From Azolla caroliniana (taxonomy: Eukaryota > Plantae > Polypodiophyta), in the NCBI GenBank assembly GCA_043228905.1, contig JBHGNT010000007.1:13826001-13890000 (forward strand): a DNA stretch of 64,000 bases, given 5' to 3'. This document shows, piece after piece, positions 36,139-47,652 of this stretch. A program made the translations under genes and the position numbers. Under the pieces are notes generated by a model. That model searched no databases, was not told the DNA's origin, and was given only the letters and a program-made list of their open reading frames with translations. Positions within the stretch are counted from its first letter, which is position 1, and each line of letters begins with the position of its first letter.

Positions 36139-39100
36139 CTACCTTGCTTGGTTGTTCGGGACTGTTCTCCCCCTCAAGTTCGGCACGTCAAGGTGACGCA
36201 ACCCGAGCGCACCTGAGAATTGCCGCAACTTGTCTAGACCAAGAGGCTTGGTGAAGATGTCAGCAGCCTGCCGATCCGTCGAAACGTACTGAAGTTCGAC
36301 TTCACCGGAAAGGACACGCTCACGGACGAAATGGTAATGCACCTCAATGTGCTTGGTCCGTTCGTGGAAAACGGGGTTCTTCGCGAGTTGGATGTTGTTG
36401 AGGTTGTCGCAGTAGATCGTCGTCGGATCTTACAACTCCACTTGCAGGTCCTTAAGTAGCCGCTTCAACCATATGGCTTCGCATGTCGCGACAGCCGCTC
36501 CTCGGTACTCAACTTCGGTGCTCGACAGGGCAACTATCAGCTGCTTCTTACTGCTCCACGCGATCGCGGCACTCCCGAGGGAGAACGCGTATCCGGACGT
36601 GGATCGGCGATCGGCGGTGTTGCCAGCCCAATCAGCATCGGTGTAACCGACTAACTGCTCGGCTGCACCGGTCCGATATAGCAGTCTGCGGTCCTTAGTG
36701 CCGCTTACGTACCGCAGTACGCGTTGCGCACACTGAAGGTGCTCCTCTGTAGGTCGCGCCATGAACTGACTGATCACTCCGACCGGATAACTGGGGTCGG
36801 GTCGGGTGATGGTCAAGTATATGAGACTTCCGACAATTTGTCGGAACCTCGTCGGGTCGCATACCTTTCCCGTATCGAGACGAAGCTTGACGGTTCTATC
36901 CAGAGGAGTCAAGACGGTCTTGCAGTCGGCCATCCCGAATTTGAAGAGCATACTCAGCACGTAGTGACGTTGGCTAATCAATATGCCTTTGGGGGTACGG
37001 ATCACTTCGATCCCGAGGAAGTAATGAAGGTCCCCCAGATCCTTCATGTCGAACGATGCCGCAAGCTGGAGCTTCACGCGGTCGATGTCACCTAGGTCGG
37101 CGCCAGTGATGACCAAGTCATCAACATATAGTAAAATACTAACCGGTCTGAGTCGACCTTTCCGGATGAACAGGGAGGAGTCCGATTTTGACGTGGTGAA
37201 GCCCATCCAACGCAGTTGTCGCGAGATCTTCGCGTTCCAGGCATGCGGGGCTTGCTTCAGTCCGTAAAGGGACTTCTTCAGTCGGCATACTATCGAGGAG
37301 TTCGTTCTGGAGTGAAATCCGGGGGGCTGTACCATGTACACCTGTTCCTCAAGGTCACCTTGCAGGAACGCATTCTTTACATCCATCTGATGTAAGTGCC
37401 ACCCCTTGGCCGCGGCTACTGCGAGCAAAACACGGACGGTCGTCATTTTCGCGACCGGCGCAAACGTCTAATCGTAGTCGATGCCATGTTTCTGCGCGTA
37501 GACCTTTGCCACCAGCCGAGCCTTGTACTGGTTGACCGAGCCATCGGTGTTGTACTTGACCTTGTACACCCACCTACACCCGATCGGTTTTACCTCTTTT
37601 GGTGCGTCAACCAGGTCCCAGGTCTCGTTCTCCGCCAATGCGTGCATCTCTTCCTCCATCGCGGCACGCCAATTCGCGTCTTTAGCCGCTTCTGCATAGC
37701 TCTCCGGCTCACGCACTTCCGCTACACGGGTCATGTACGCATAATGATGCGCCATGTACTCGTTGTATCCGAACCGCAAAACAGGATTCTTCTGGTGGGT
37801 AGATCGGCGTAATCTCACATTAGCCGATGTCGAGGCCTTCTCAGTCGACGCGGTCTTCATCTTTAAAGACCCGTCACCGGTTCCCTCGGAGTCGGACTCA
37901 CGTCGGTCTGACTCGTTCCTATCCATGCCGGAATCCGACACCTGCTTCTTCCCTTTCTCTATGCGCCTAAGCCGTCTCCTCGGCTTCCTGCACGGGGAAT
38001 AAACGGTTGAGTCTCCACTACTCGCCGGCTCTTCATCGGACTAGTCGTACCGACTCAGTCGTCCAATCGGTCCACTTAACCGGAGTGAAATCGGACTCTC
38101 ATCGCGGGTCTCGATTTCGGGCTCATCCGGAGGCAACTCGGCCTCACTGACCTCATCGTCAGAACTCGTATTGGCGTCGGGGTTCCAAGTCGGGGCCAGG
38201 TACCAGGACGCGGACTCATCAAACACAACGTCACGGCTGACACGCGCTTGTTTGGTGCGAGGGTTATAGCACTTATAACCCTTCTGCTCGTCCGAGTAAC
38301 CGACCAAGTTGCACTTCTTGGCCTTTGCGTCCAGCTTCCTCCTTTCCTCCTTCGGTACATGCACATACGCAATGCTACCGAACACCCCCAAGTGTCGCAA
38401 GTTCGGCTTCGTTTCGAAATATAGCTCGTGCGCCGACACTTTGTCTCCGATCCGGTTCTGGATGTATACCGCGGTCCTTACCGCCTCGGCCCAGTAGAAC
38501 TTGGGCAAGCTCTTCTCCTCCAGAATTGCCCGTGCCGCTTCCACAACTGACCGATTCTTTCTCTCGGCCACGCCGTTCTCCTCTGGCGTGTATCTACAAC
38601 TGAATTCGCGGCGAATTCCCATTTGTTGTAGGTAACCGTTGAATTGACCGGAAAAGTACTCTTTCCCGCCATCCAACCGCAGGCACTTGATCTTTCGTCC
38701 CGTTTCGGCTTCCACGAACCCTTTGAGGTCCCAGAAACAGTCGAAGACTTCGCTCTTCCTCTCAATGAGGTAGATCCATGTGTGCCGCGTGTGGTCGTCG
38801 ATGAAGGAGACAAAATATCGGCTCCCGCCAAGACTAACGTTTTGTGCCGGCCCCCATACATCGGAGTGTATAAGGTCGAGCTTGTTCCGGCTCCGGTTTC
38901 GCTCATTGGGGAAGGGAAGTCGGTGTTGCTTCCCCAGCTGGCAGGCTTCACAAATTTGTGCCTTTCGGCCACTAAATTTGGGCAATCCGAACACTACCTG
39001 TTTCGTTTGCAGATCTTGAAGCCGCTGGTAGTTGACGTGGCCTATCCGCTTGTGCCACAAGTCGATGTCCGACTCGGTCTTTTGTCCCTTCGCGAACATT

Positions 39101-40455
39101 GTGGTGCCGCCGTCAGTGGAGTCGAGGATGAACATCCTCCCGTCTCTGCGCCCTTGCGCAATCACACGGCCTTCTTCCTCAATGAAGCACCCGAGGTGTG
39201 TAAACCGAACCTCCATCCCTTGGTCGACGATCTATCCAACCAAGACCAAGTTCTTCGTGATTGTCGGAACGTGCAGCACGTTCATGAGTTTCCCTTTCTG
39301 CTCGACATGGCTAAGGGGAACTTCTCCGACATTCGCGATCGGATGCGGAGTGTCGTCTCCTGTTGTGACTACTCCCGGTTGTATCAGTTTTTCAAGGTAC
39401 GAGAACCACTCCTTATGGCTCGTCATGTGGTTTGACGCGCCGGGGTCTACGTACTACACCTCGTCCGATTTCGGGGTGCTCTGTTTCATTGAGTTTGCTT
39501 CGTGTCTCGACACGAAGGCAGATCCTTCTCCGGGTCTCCCGGAGTCTTCGGCGTAGTGCGATTGCTGCCGATTTCCCTTGTCGGTATTTTTGGAACCATT
39601 TCTCTCCGAATCGGCGCGCTTCTTCCAACACTCACTTTCCTTGTGACCTTTCTTGCCACAGTACCAGCACTCCGCGATGGCCTTCCCTTGCCGGTTCTCA
39701 TCGCTTCGACTCCCCCTGTTTCGGGAGGGTCCGGAGTTGCTGTCGGCATCACTTCAGTGCCTTCTTCCTTGATCTCGTTGGCCGCTTCCATTGCATACCG
39801 ACTCGCCTCGTCCGCCACGACCACGGGGCTTTTCTCCCTCCGTGTACAACATCTTGATGTCGGTGTGCATGCTTGTCGACGCACCTGCGTGGTTCTCCTC
39901 TACCAGGAGCATCGACTGTAAGTCGAAAAAGGACGGCGTATTCTCCCGGGTACACACAGCCGTTCGGAACGCTCCGAACTTCGATGCTAAACCTCCGAGA
40001 CCGATCTGGACCATCTCGCTCTCCTCGATGTTCACCTCTATGGAGGCGAGGGAGTCGCAGATATCCTTGATCTTCAAGGTATAGTCTGCCACCGACAAGT
40101 CGCGTTGTCGTAGGTTGCTCAACTCCTGTCGGAGCTGATGCTTCCTGGCTGTGGTGCTCGCGGCAAAAATCTTCTTCAGATTTTCCCACGCACCCTTCGG
40201 CGTCTTTGCATCCCGAACATAGCTCAATAGTTGTTCGCCCACACACGACGCGAAGCAGTACAATACCCTGCTCACTGATTGCTCCCATGACGGGAAGTCT
40301 CTGTGTGTCGATTCGGGTGTCGCGTCATTAGCTCCTTCGACATAACTCCAGTAGCCGTGCCCGAGCAGGTACTGGTGCATCTTGTAGGACCAAGACGCGT
40401 AGTTGGTTCTGTCGAGCTTCTCTGTTGGAAGCGAGCTCGCCATGCCTCTATCCAT
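36139..40455 (-). pseudogene. copia gag-pol with several stops
   Basis: RT QMDVKNAFLQG and LLYVDDL; RH YTDADWAG; INT IHSDVWGP. Confidence 0.95.
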
Positions 40456-40527
40456 CTTTCTTCTCGTTCTTCTTCGTCAAGTTGTGTCGGCTGCAGAGAG
40501 GTTCTCAACCCTCGCGCTCTGATACCA

Positions 40528-40922
40528 TGTAGAAAGCAGCGTGCGGAAGTAGGTATGAAGACCGAACAGAAGGAAGGAAACTCAGGTTCAATGGAGAGCT
40601 TGTGCTTACACGGTATACGCAGGAGAGATAGAGAGAGTGAGAGAGAAGACACAAAAAAATATATTCAACAATAATACTCAGTCTGTACATAAGACGTGCT
40701 CAGTGAACACTTTTATACAAGTCCTAGAAGGACTGACCGAAGTACTGACAGTACTTCAATGCTCATCAAGAGCTCCTACACTAACTCCCAAATATATTCC
40801 TCACGGAATATCTTTCCTAACGACCTCCCGGTTTACGCACTCGGCCTAACCGATCGGTCCCAACCGATCCGGTCCTTGGCTTCTTCAGCCGATCCGGCCG
40901 ATGTTGAGCTTGTCTCTCAACA
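40528..40922 (-). repeat. 5' LTR (395 bp)
   Basis: TG...CA, adjacent to PBS. Confidence 0.95.
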
Positions 40923-43340
40923 GAACACCAATTGGATTGATGCGAATGTGTACATTGCCTCAAGGTGCCACAAATTCAGTAGCACATATGGTGAATGCTA
41001 TGAATAAAATTTTAAGAGATTGTGCCAAAAATAACTATGCCTTTTCTAGATGATGTTCCAATTAAAGGATGCTCGATGAATAAGAAGGATGAAAAACTCA
41101 TGGCGAACGGATGTAGAAAGTTTGCTGCAGACCACATTGATGCTTGTGAAAGAATCCTTTCAAGTTTAGAAGAGGTTCATCTTACATTTTAAGGTAAAAA
41201 ATCTATGTTTGGGGTTCCCGAAGTTCTAATTGTATGGCACATGTGTGGACCCTACGGAAGAAAGTCATCCCCAATTAAGGTAAATGCAATTCTAAATCCA
41301 AAGGATGATTGTAAATCTCTAACATAAGTGTGTAGGTTTTTGGGTGCTTGTGTGTTTTACCGAATTTGGATTCCACATTTTCGCACATGTGGCTGATCCA
41401 CTTTATGGGTTGCTTAAGAAGAATTCAAGTTTCGTTTGGATTAATGTACATACAGATGCAATTTGCCAACTAAAGGAAATGTTGTTGAATGCCCCTCTTT
41501 TACGGAAGGCTAGGTATGATAGTGAACACCCCATCATTGTTATTGTGGATACAAGTCCAATTGAGATCGGTTGGGCTATTAGCCAAGAAGGATCGGTTGA
41601 GATACGCAATTCAATTTGGTGCAAAAATCTTAACAAAACGCCAAAGAGCTTACCCACAGATTAAAAGAGAGTTATGGGGTATGTTAACAGCTATTAAAAC
41701 TAATCGTGAATACTTAATTGGTGCTGAAGTTGTAGTTGAAACAGATTGTCGTCCATTGTTAGGAATGATTTCAAGTTGTGAAACATCTGATATAGCTATG
41801 CTTAGATGGATACCTTACATAAAATCAATATGTCCTGAAATCAAGCACATTGCAGGAACGGATAACCCAGTTGCCGATATGCTCTCAAGAGCGAGGTTTA
41901 AAGGTAAAAATACATTGGTAATGATTGATGAAGAAGATGAGAGTTTTGATTTCTTTTCCATAAATTGTAACTTGAAGGGGTCATGTGATTTGCGTGTTCA
42001 TGTTATTCTTCGTGAATCTGAGTACGAGGGGGAGATGTTACAAATTGGAAAATACTTGAGTACTCATGAGAAAGATGGAACATGGTCAAGGGAGCTATTT
42101 CATAAACTAAGAAAGAAAGCTTATAATTTTTTTCTTCATGAGGGATATCTTTGGAGACATCCAAAAGTTGTGAAAGGGATTCCGCAAAGAGTGGTTGGAA
42201 GAAGGGCAGGTCATCGTGGAGTTTGGGACCACCTATTGGGAATTAAAAGAGAAGTTTTGGTGGGTTGGAATGTACAACGATTTTGTAGATTATGTACAAT
42301 CATGTGAGAACTGCCAAATGTATTTGAATATTCGGCATCGTGATGGCTTGCAACCTACTTATTCTTTATCTCTACATTATAAATGGGTTGTGGATATTGT
42401 AATGATGCCTGTAGGGGTTTGGCAAATGAGATATCTTGTATTGGCAAGAGAAGATTTGACAAATCAAGTGGAAGGCCGAGCCCTAAGCCAAAAAACCACT
42501 TCAGTTGTTTGTAAGTTCCTTCTTGAAGATGTGATATGTAGGTACGGGTGCATTGGGAAGATTGTTGTAGACAGAGGAGAACTAGATTCTAATGAAGCTG
42601 AACAATTTTTTACAAGAATGGGAATTAGATTGTCCTTAACTACGGCATATAACCCTGAAGCTAATGGGAAGGCTGAGCGTGGACATAGCCCTATAGTAAA
42701 AGCTTTGGTGAAAGCTTGTGATGGCAAGATAGCTAACTGGCCTCATCTGTTACTGTTTGCACTATGGGCTGACCGCGCAACTCATAGTTCCGTAATTGGC
42801 TTTATGCCATCAAAATTGATACTTGGTCAAAAGACAATTATGCCAGTAGAGCAATCGGTATTTTCCTGGGTTTCCTTGCCATGGGCAAATGAAATGAGTC
42901 AAGAAGATTTTCTTGCTCTTAGAATAAGACAACTAGAAACAAGGGATGAAGATGTTCAAATAGCTACGGAAAGGATGAAACAATTTCGACAACGGAACAA
43001 AGAAAGATTTGATAAAACTCATCGCCTTCAACCAAGAAAGCTTCAAGAAGGTGATTGGGTCATAGTTTGTGATAGCAGCTTGGAAATCCAACATAGTACT
43101 TCTCGCAAATTTGCCAAAAGATGGTTCGGGCCATATGTCATTAGACAAGTGAATAAAAATGCAACGTATTTCCTAACTGAAATGGATGGAGTTGCTTTAA
43201 AGTTACCAATTGCAAGAGAGCGAATTAAGCTATTCAAGAGAAGGGAAGATCAAAGCACTAACTTCCTCAATGAAGATGACATCCATGAAGCTGAAGAAGG
43301 AGACATTCATTGGCGCATGCCAGAGGATGTGCAGGTCTAG
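40923..43340 (+). pseudogene. element D pol: RT C-terminus, RNase H, integrase
   Basis: LPQGATNSVA, MPFLDDVPIKG, IVDTSP, VETDC, KWVVDIV, YNPEANGKAERGH, RWFGPY. Confidence 0.9.
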
Positions 43341-43346
43341 AGGGGG

Positions 43347-44703
43347 ATGGATCACTTCGTCTCGTTGTAGATTACATGGCTTGAATAAGGTTACAATCAG
43401 AAATAGGTATACACTTCCCCTTATCTCAAGTCTTTTAGAACGGATCAATGGTGCAAGGTTCTTCACGAAGATCAACTTACGGGGAGGCTATAACCTCGTA
43501 CGGATCCAACCAAGAGATGAATGGAAGACCGCGTTTCGCACCAGATATGGGCACTTCGAGTATACGGTCATGCCGTTCGGCCTCAGTAATGCGCCAACAG
43601 TCTTCCAACACATGGCAAATGATATATTCTAAGATCTCTTGGATGTTTGTTTGATCATCTATTTGGATGATCTACGGGTTTATTCGAAAACCCAAGAAGA
43701 GCATGATTCTCATGTACTGTTAGTACTAAAACGACTTCGAGAACATGGTCTTTATGCAAAGCTGGAAAAATGTAGTTTTGGGTGCAACCAGGTGGAATTT
43801 CTAGGCTATATCATTTCCTCGGAAGGCATCTCCATGAACCCAGCTAAAGTCAAAACCGTAGTAGAGTGGCAGACTCTGCGTTCGGTGCGAGATGTGCAAT
43901 GCTTTTTAGGCTTTGCCAATTTTTACCAGAAGTCCATACAGGATTACTCAAAGCTCGTTTTGCCTCTCACACAGCTTACCAGGAAGGGACAATCGTTCGT
44001 TTGGTCTAAAGAAGCGGACATGGCTTTCGAGAGTCTTAAAAAGGCATTTACATTGGCTACAATTCTAGCTCATGTCGATCCGGAAAAACCATTCATTGTC
44101 GAAGCAGACGCATCGGATTTCGCATTGGGGAGCATTTTGTCACAACGGGGTAATGATGAGAAGCTACATCCTATGGCTTTTCATTCACACAATTTGACGC
44201 CACCGAAATCAATTACGAAATTCATGATAAGGAGCTATTGGCAATAGTGAACTTTTTTATGCAATGGAGGCATTTTCTAGAGGGATCCTCTCATCAAGTC
44301 ACTGTATTCAGTGACCACAAAAACCTTGCCTACTTTCAGGACGCTTGTGTCTTAAATCGACGTCAAGCTCAGTGGGCCCACTTCCTCACGCGTTTCCACT
44401 TCAAAATTACATATCGTCCGGGGAAGCACCAAGGGAAGGCAGATGCATTATCACAGCGTTTGTACCTAGCACCGCATCCCAACGAGCCAGCTTTTGATAA
44501 CCAAAAGCAAGTATTCTTGGGACTGACACAACTGCAAGCAACACAGGTCTTTGGCATGCCCATGGATTCCCACGTTATTGATACTATACGTGAGGACTTG
44601 AAGACCAATGCTTTCGCCCAAGCCATTGTAGCACAAATTGATCCCTCTCGAACGTCTTGTTCACAGTCGCAACCACCAGGTATGGACTATCGGCAATTCA
44701 AAT
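43347..44703 (+). pseudogene. chromovirus-type (Tf/Tcn1-like) gypsy RT-RNase H fragment
   Basis: [59 protein letters not shown]. Confidence 0.88.
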
Positions 44704-47296
44704 TGTTACTCGGACAAGTATGGATGCGTTGGAGTCGGAAAGATGTTCGGAGTCGGATTGACAGTTCGGATCGATGACTCAGTATATAGTAGAATAGGAC
44801 ATAGTTAGTTACGAATTTTGTAATTCTTGATAATTATAGGCAGTAGGATTTCTTAATGAGAAAAGACCTTCGGGTTACCTATAAAAGGAACCAAAGGCAT
44901 TGTAAAAATCTATCGTTGTATTTAGTAATATAAAGTTTCGTTAGGAAATCTCTGTGTACGGATTGCTTCTTGCCATCTATTTCTTTCTGTCTAAACTATA
45001 TTACATAAGTCACAATGTCGGTGTCTGTTATCACCGATAAGTTTACAGATAATTCGCATCTATTCATTTAACCACAACTTCTTGATAGAACGTTCGGTAC
45101 GAACGTTCGTCTTATACTGTGTCGGCAAAATAGCAATTGTCGACCGAACAACATAGGATAATTTTGGCACGCCCGGTTACAGCTGCACATAGCAGAGAAC
45201 AAGACGAATGGATGTCGTCTGGTCCGAATACACCAGTCGGTTGTAAACGTCCTCGTATGCATTTTGTTACAAAGACACTACAGACAGAATCGGCTGAGCG
45301 ATTACAGCCGCAAACAAGTAGAAGGTGGTCGGTACTTCTTGATTAAACTGATAGTCAGTCTTCCGACGAAAATCGGCCGGAAGAGGTATCATTTTACAAT
45401 ATCTGGAGTGAGGACAATATGCCTTATCCGTACTCAAAGTTCCGTGAGGGAGCTAATGCAGAAGCGCATGTGAGGGATTTTCTGACAACATGGGAGATTA
45501 ACCATGGAGCTCAAAGACTATCGGCGGTAGCCGAAGATAAGTCGAAAAATTTTGAGTTCGTTTTGTCATTGGAGGGTTATTCCGCTAATTGGTTTGCACA
45601 AAATGGTCTCCATGGGTTCGAAACATTCGAACAATTGAACAACAAATTTCTGCAATTATTTCATCATCAAATACCTCAAAAAGATTTGATAGCGCAATTT
45701 TATGCATTATATTAGGAGCAGTAGGAAACGGTGTCTCAATTCGTGATTCGTTTTCAGAATTTGCAACTTCAAATTTCTAGGCCTATTCCGGACGATGAAT
45801 TGAAGGATGTATTCCTTGAAGCAATTCGGGAACCATTACGAACAACACTGAAGGTGTTCGATTTTCTGAATCAGAATATCGAGCAAGTGATTGATAAGGC
45901 AATCGCTATGGGGCGACAGCCGATAAATGTACGGAGTATGGATATGTCAGCACTAAATCGTACCTTGCCAACGATGGAGTTACAATTTCGACAAGCAGTT
46001 TAGTGTACTACTTGTTTAAATACCAGTCATTCAATGATTGAGTGTAGTTTGTGAACACATTGCACAATATGTCATTCTAAACTTCATTCGGTCGAGCAAT
46101 GTGAGTATAACTTGCTTAATAAGACGACGGCTCCGGTAAGACAAATTTTTCCAGAAAATGGGTACCACAATAACTAGAATTCGTTCAATAATGGATACCA
46201 ACAAAATAGTTTTCCACAAGCTCAACAAAATAATTTTCAAAAAAATCAAACCTTTCAGCAAAATAAATTCCAGCAGAATCCAGCTTTTCAAAAAAATAAT
46301 CAATCTTTCCAACAAAGTAATTTTCAGCACAATCAAGATTTTCAACAAAATCAAGAATTCTCGATACCACCGAATATGCATCAAAAACAGAAAAATGGAG
46401 GACGGTTTAAGCAGAACCGGTATAAAAATAAAAAATTCTACAAGCCGAAAGCCTCACGACAGTTTCAGCAATCGCCGAATGATGGTCAACAGTTTATGCA
46501 AAATGATGGGACTAGTCAGTTTGAGCAAGGTGAGGGAAGAGGAACGTTTGTTCCTACTTGCTATATTTGTCATCAAACTGGTCATTATGCTAATCAGTGC
46601 CCTGCTAAATGGAAAGGACCGGCAGTTAATATAGTTATACCGGAAATACTGCAAGTAACCACTAGAAGCAAAAGTAAACAATCCGAGTGGGAGATTCAGG
46701 AAGTAGTCCGGAAAGCAGCCAAGGAATCGGTAGAGAAAGCAAACCGAAATAATGTAAACCGGATGCTCCAAGACAATGAAATTAACCAAGCTACTGAATT
46801 ACCAGGAGTGATTGTTGTACTAGAACAAGAGGAAGCTTGGAAGCTCTTGGCAGATTGCCAAGTGTCATTACAATTGACCGGATTACTTAAGTTGGTCCCT
46901 AGATTTACCGAAAAAGTGGCGACATTGATTGCCCAAAAGGGGTCAGAACAAATATCGGTAAACTATAGTCAACCGAGCACCAGCCCTTCAATCATGGATG
47001 AGCAAAATCCATCAATTAAGGTAATAATTCAGGGCTAGGAAATCGAAAATACGATTATCGATGGGGGCTCAGGAGTGAATTTCATTAATACAACCACCTC
47101 TAATAGGTTGGGAATTGCTAAATGGGAAGCTTGCCCATTTTGGCTCAGAATGGCGGATACCACTACGATACGATCAATTGGTTTACTCCGCCAATTAAGA
47201 TAGTTTTGGGTGGTCATAGTTTTCTGATATCAGCAATAATTCTTCCTTTGGAATCTCCAGGTACATATCCTTTGTTATTAGGGAGATCGTGGTTAA
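44704..47296 (+). mobile_element. Ty3/gypsy element C (family of A/B), 5' part only
   Basis: LTR 44704-45153 (TGTTA...CAACA, 450 bp); PBS TGGCACGCCCGGT 45165-45177; gag homologous to A; PR (IIDGGSGVN); ends at YPLLLGRSWL. Confidence 0.85.
45165..45177 (+). promoter_or_regulatory. PBS, probably tRNA-Arg
   Basis: TGGCACGCCCGGT 11 nt after presumed LTR end. Confidence 0.8.
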
Positions 47297-47652
47297 CACG
47301 TTCGCGTTCACAAGTGGAAGGATCGCGCATAAATGGAAGGAGAAGGGAAATTTTAGGGGTTTTTCAATGATTTTACAAAACACATTGATACCAGTATCAT
47401 ACAAGTTCAAACATACTATGAAAAAGGTTAAAAATCCACTATTTTCGTGATTTAGAAGTAACTAAAAAAAGACGAATTTCAAAAACATACATTCTCAATT
47501 TATATCACAAACTTTACAACCAATGTTATTTTATAAGAAACGATTTTTGGGAAATCATAAGAATTCAAAACACATGATTTTATATTACTCGATTTGTTAC
47601 AAGCGGAATGTAGTTACACTTAATAGCCAAATATACATTCATGATCACTCCT

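Larger units (their letters stand above)
35317..40922 (-). mobile_element. Full-length Ty1/copia retrotransposon
   Basis: LTRs 35317-35657 and 40528-40922; TSD GAACA; PBS TGGTATCAGAGC 40516-40527; PPT TTGAGGGGGAG 35658-35668; gag-PR-INT-RT-RH. Confidence 0.97.
18525..43349 (+). mobile_element. Ty3/gypsy element D (FLDDVPIKG RT type), interrupted by a solo LTR, a Sola2 element and a copia; 3' LTR deleted
   Basis: Gag from 19867 with CIWCD..DH knuckle; PR (LIDHGS) split at 22436/33885; RT split at 35317/40922 (TTIRT|PIGLMR); RH; INT 42195-43340; PPT AGAGGGGGA followed by TG. Left boundary uncertain. Confidence 0.8.

Noticed and set aside
38644-39435. Long antisense ORFs over pol genes (also 14037-14822, 62198-62692)
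   Set aside because: Shadow frames of GC-rich retroelement coding sequence with no independent motifs.
47297-47311. TIR pairing with 51553-51558
   Set aside because: Only a weak ~6-bp similarity, and the right side is explained by gypsy E coding sequence; no second TTAA.
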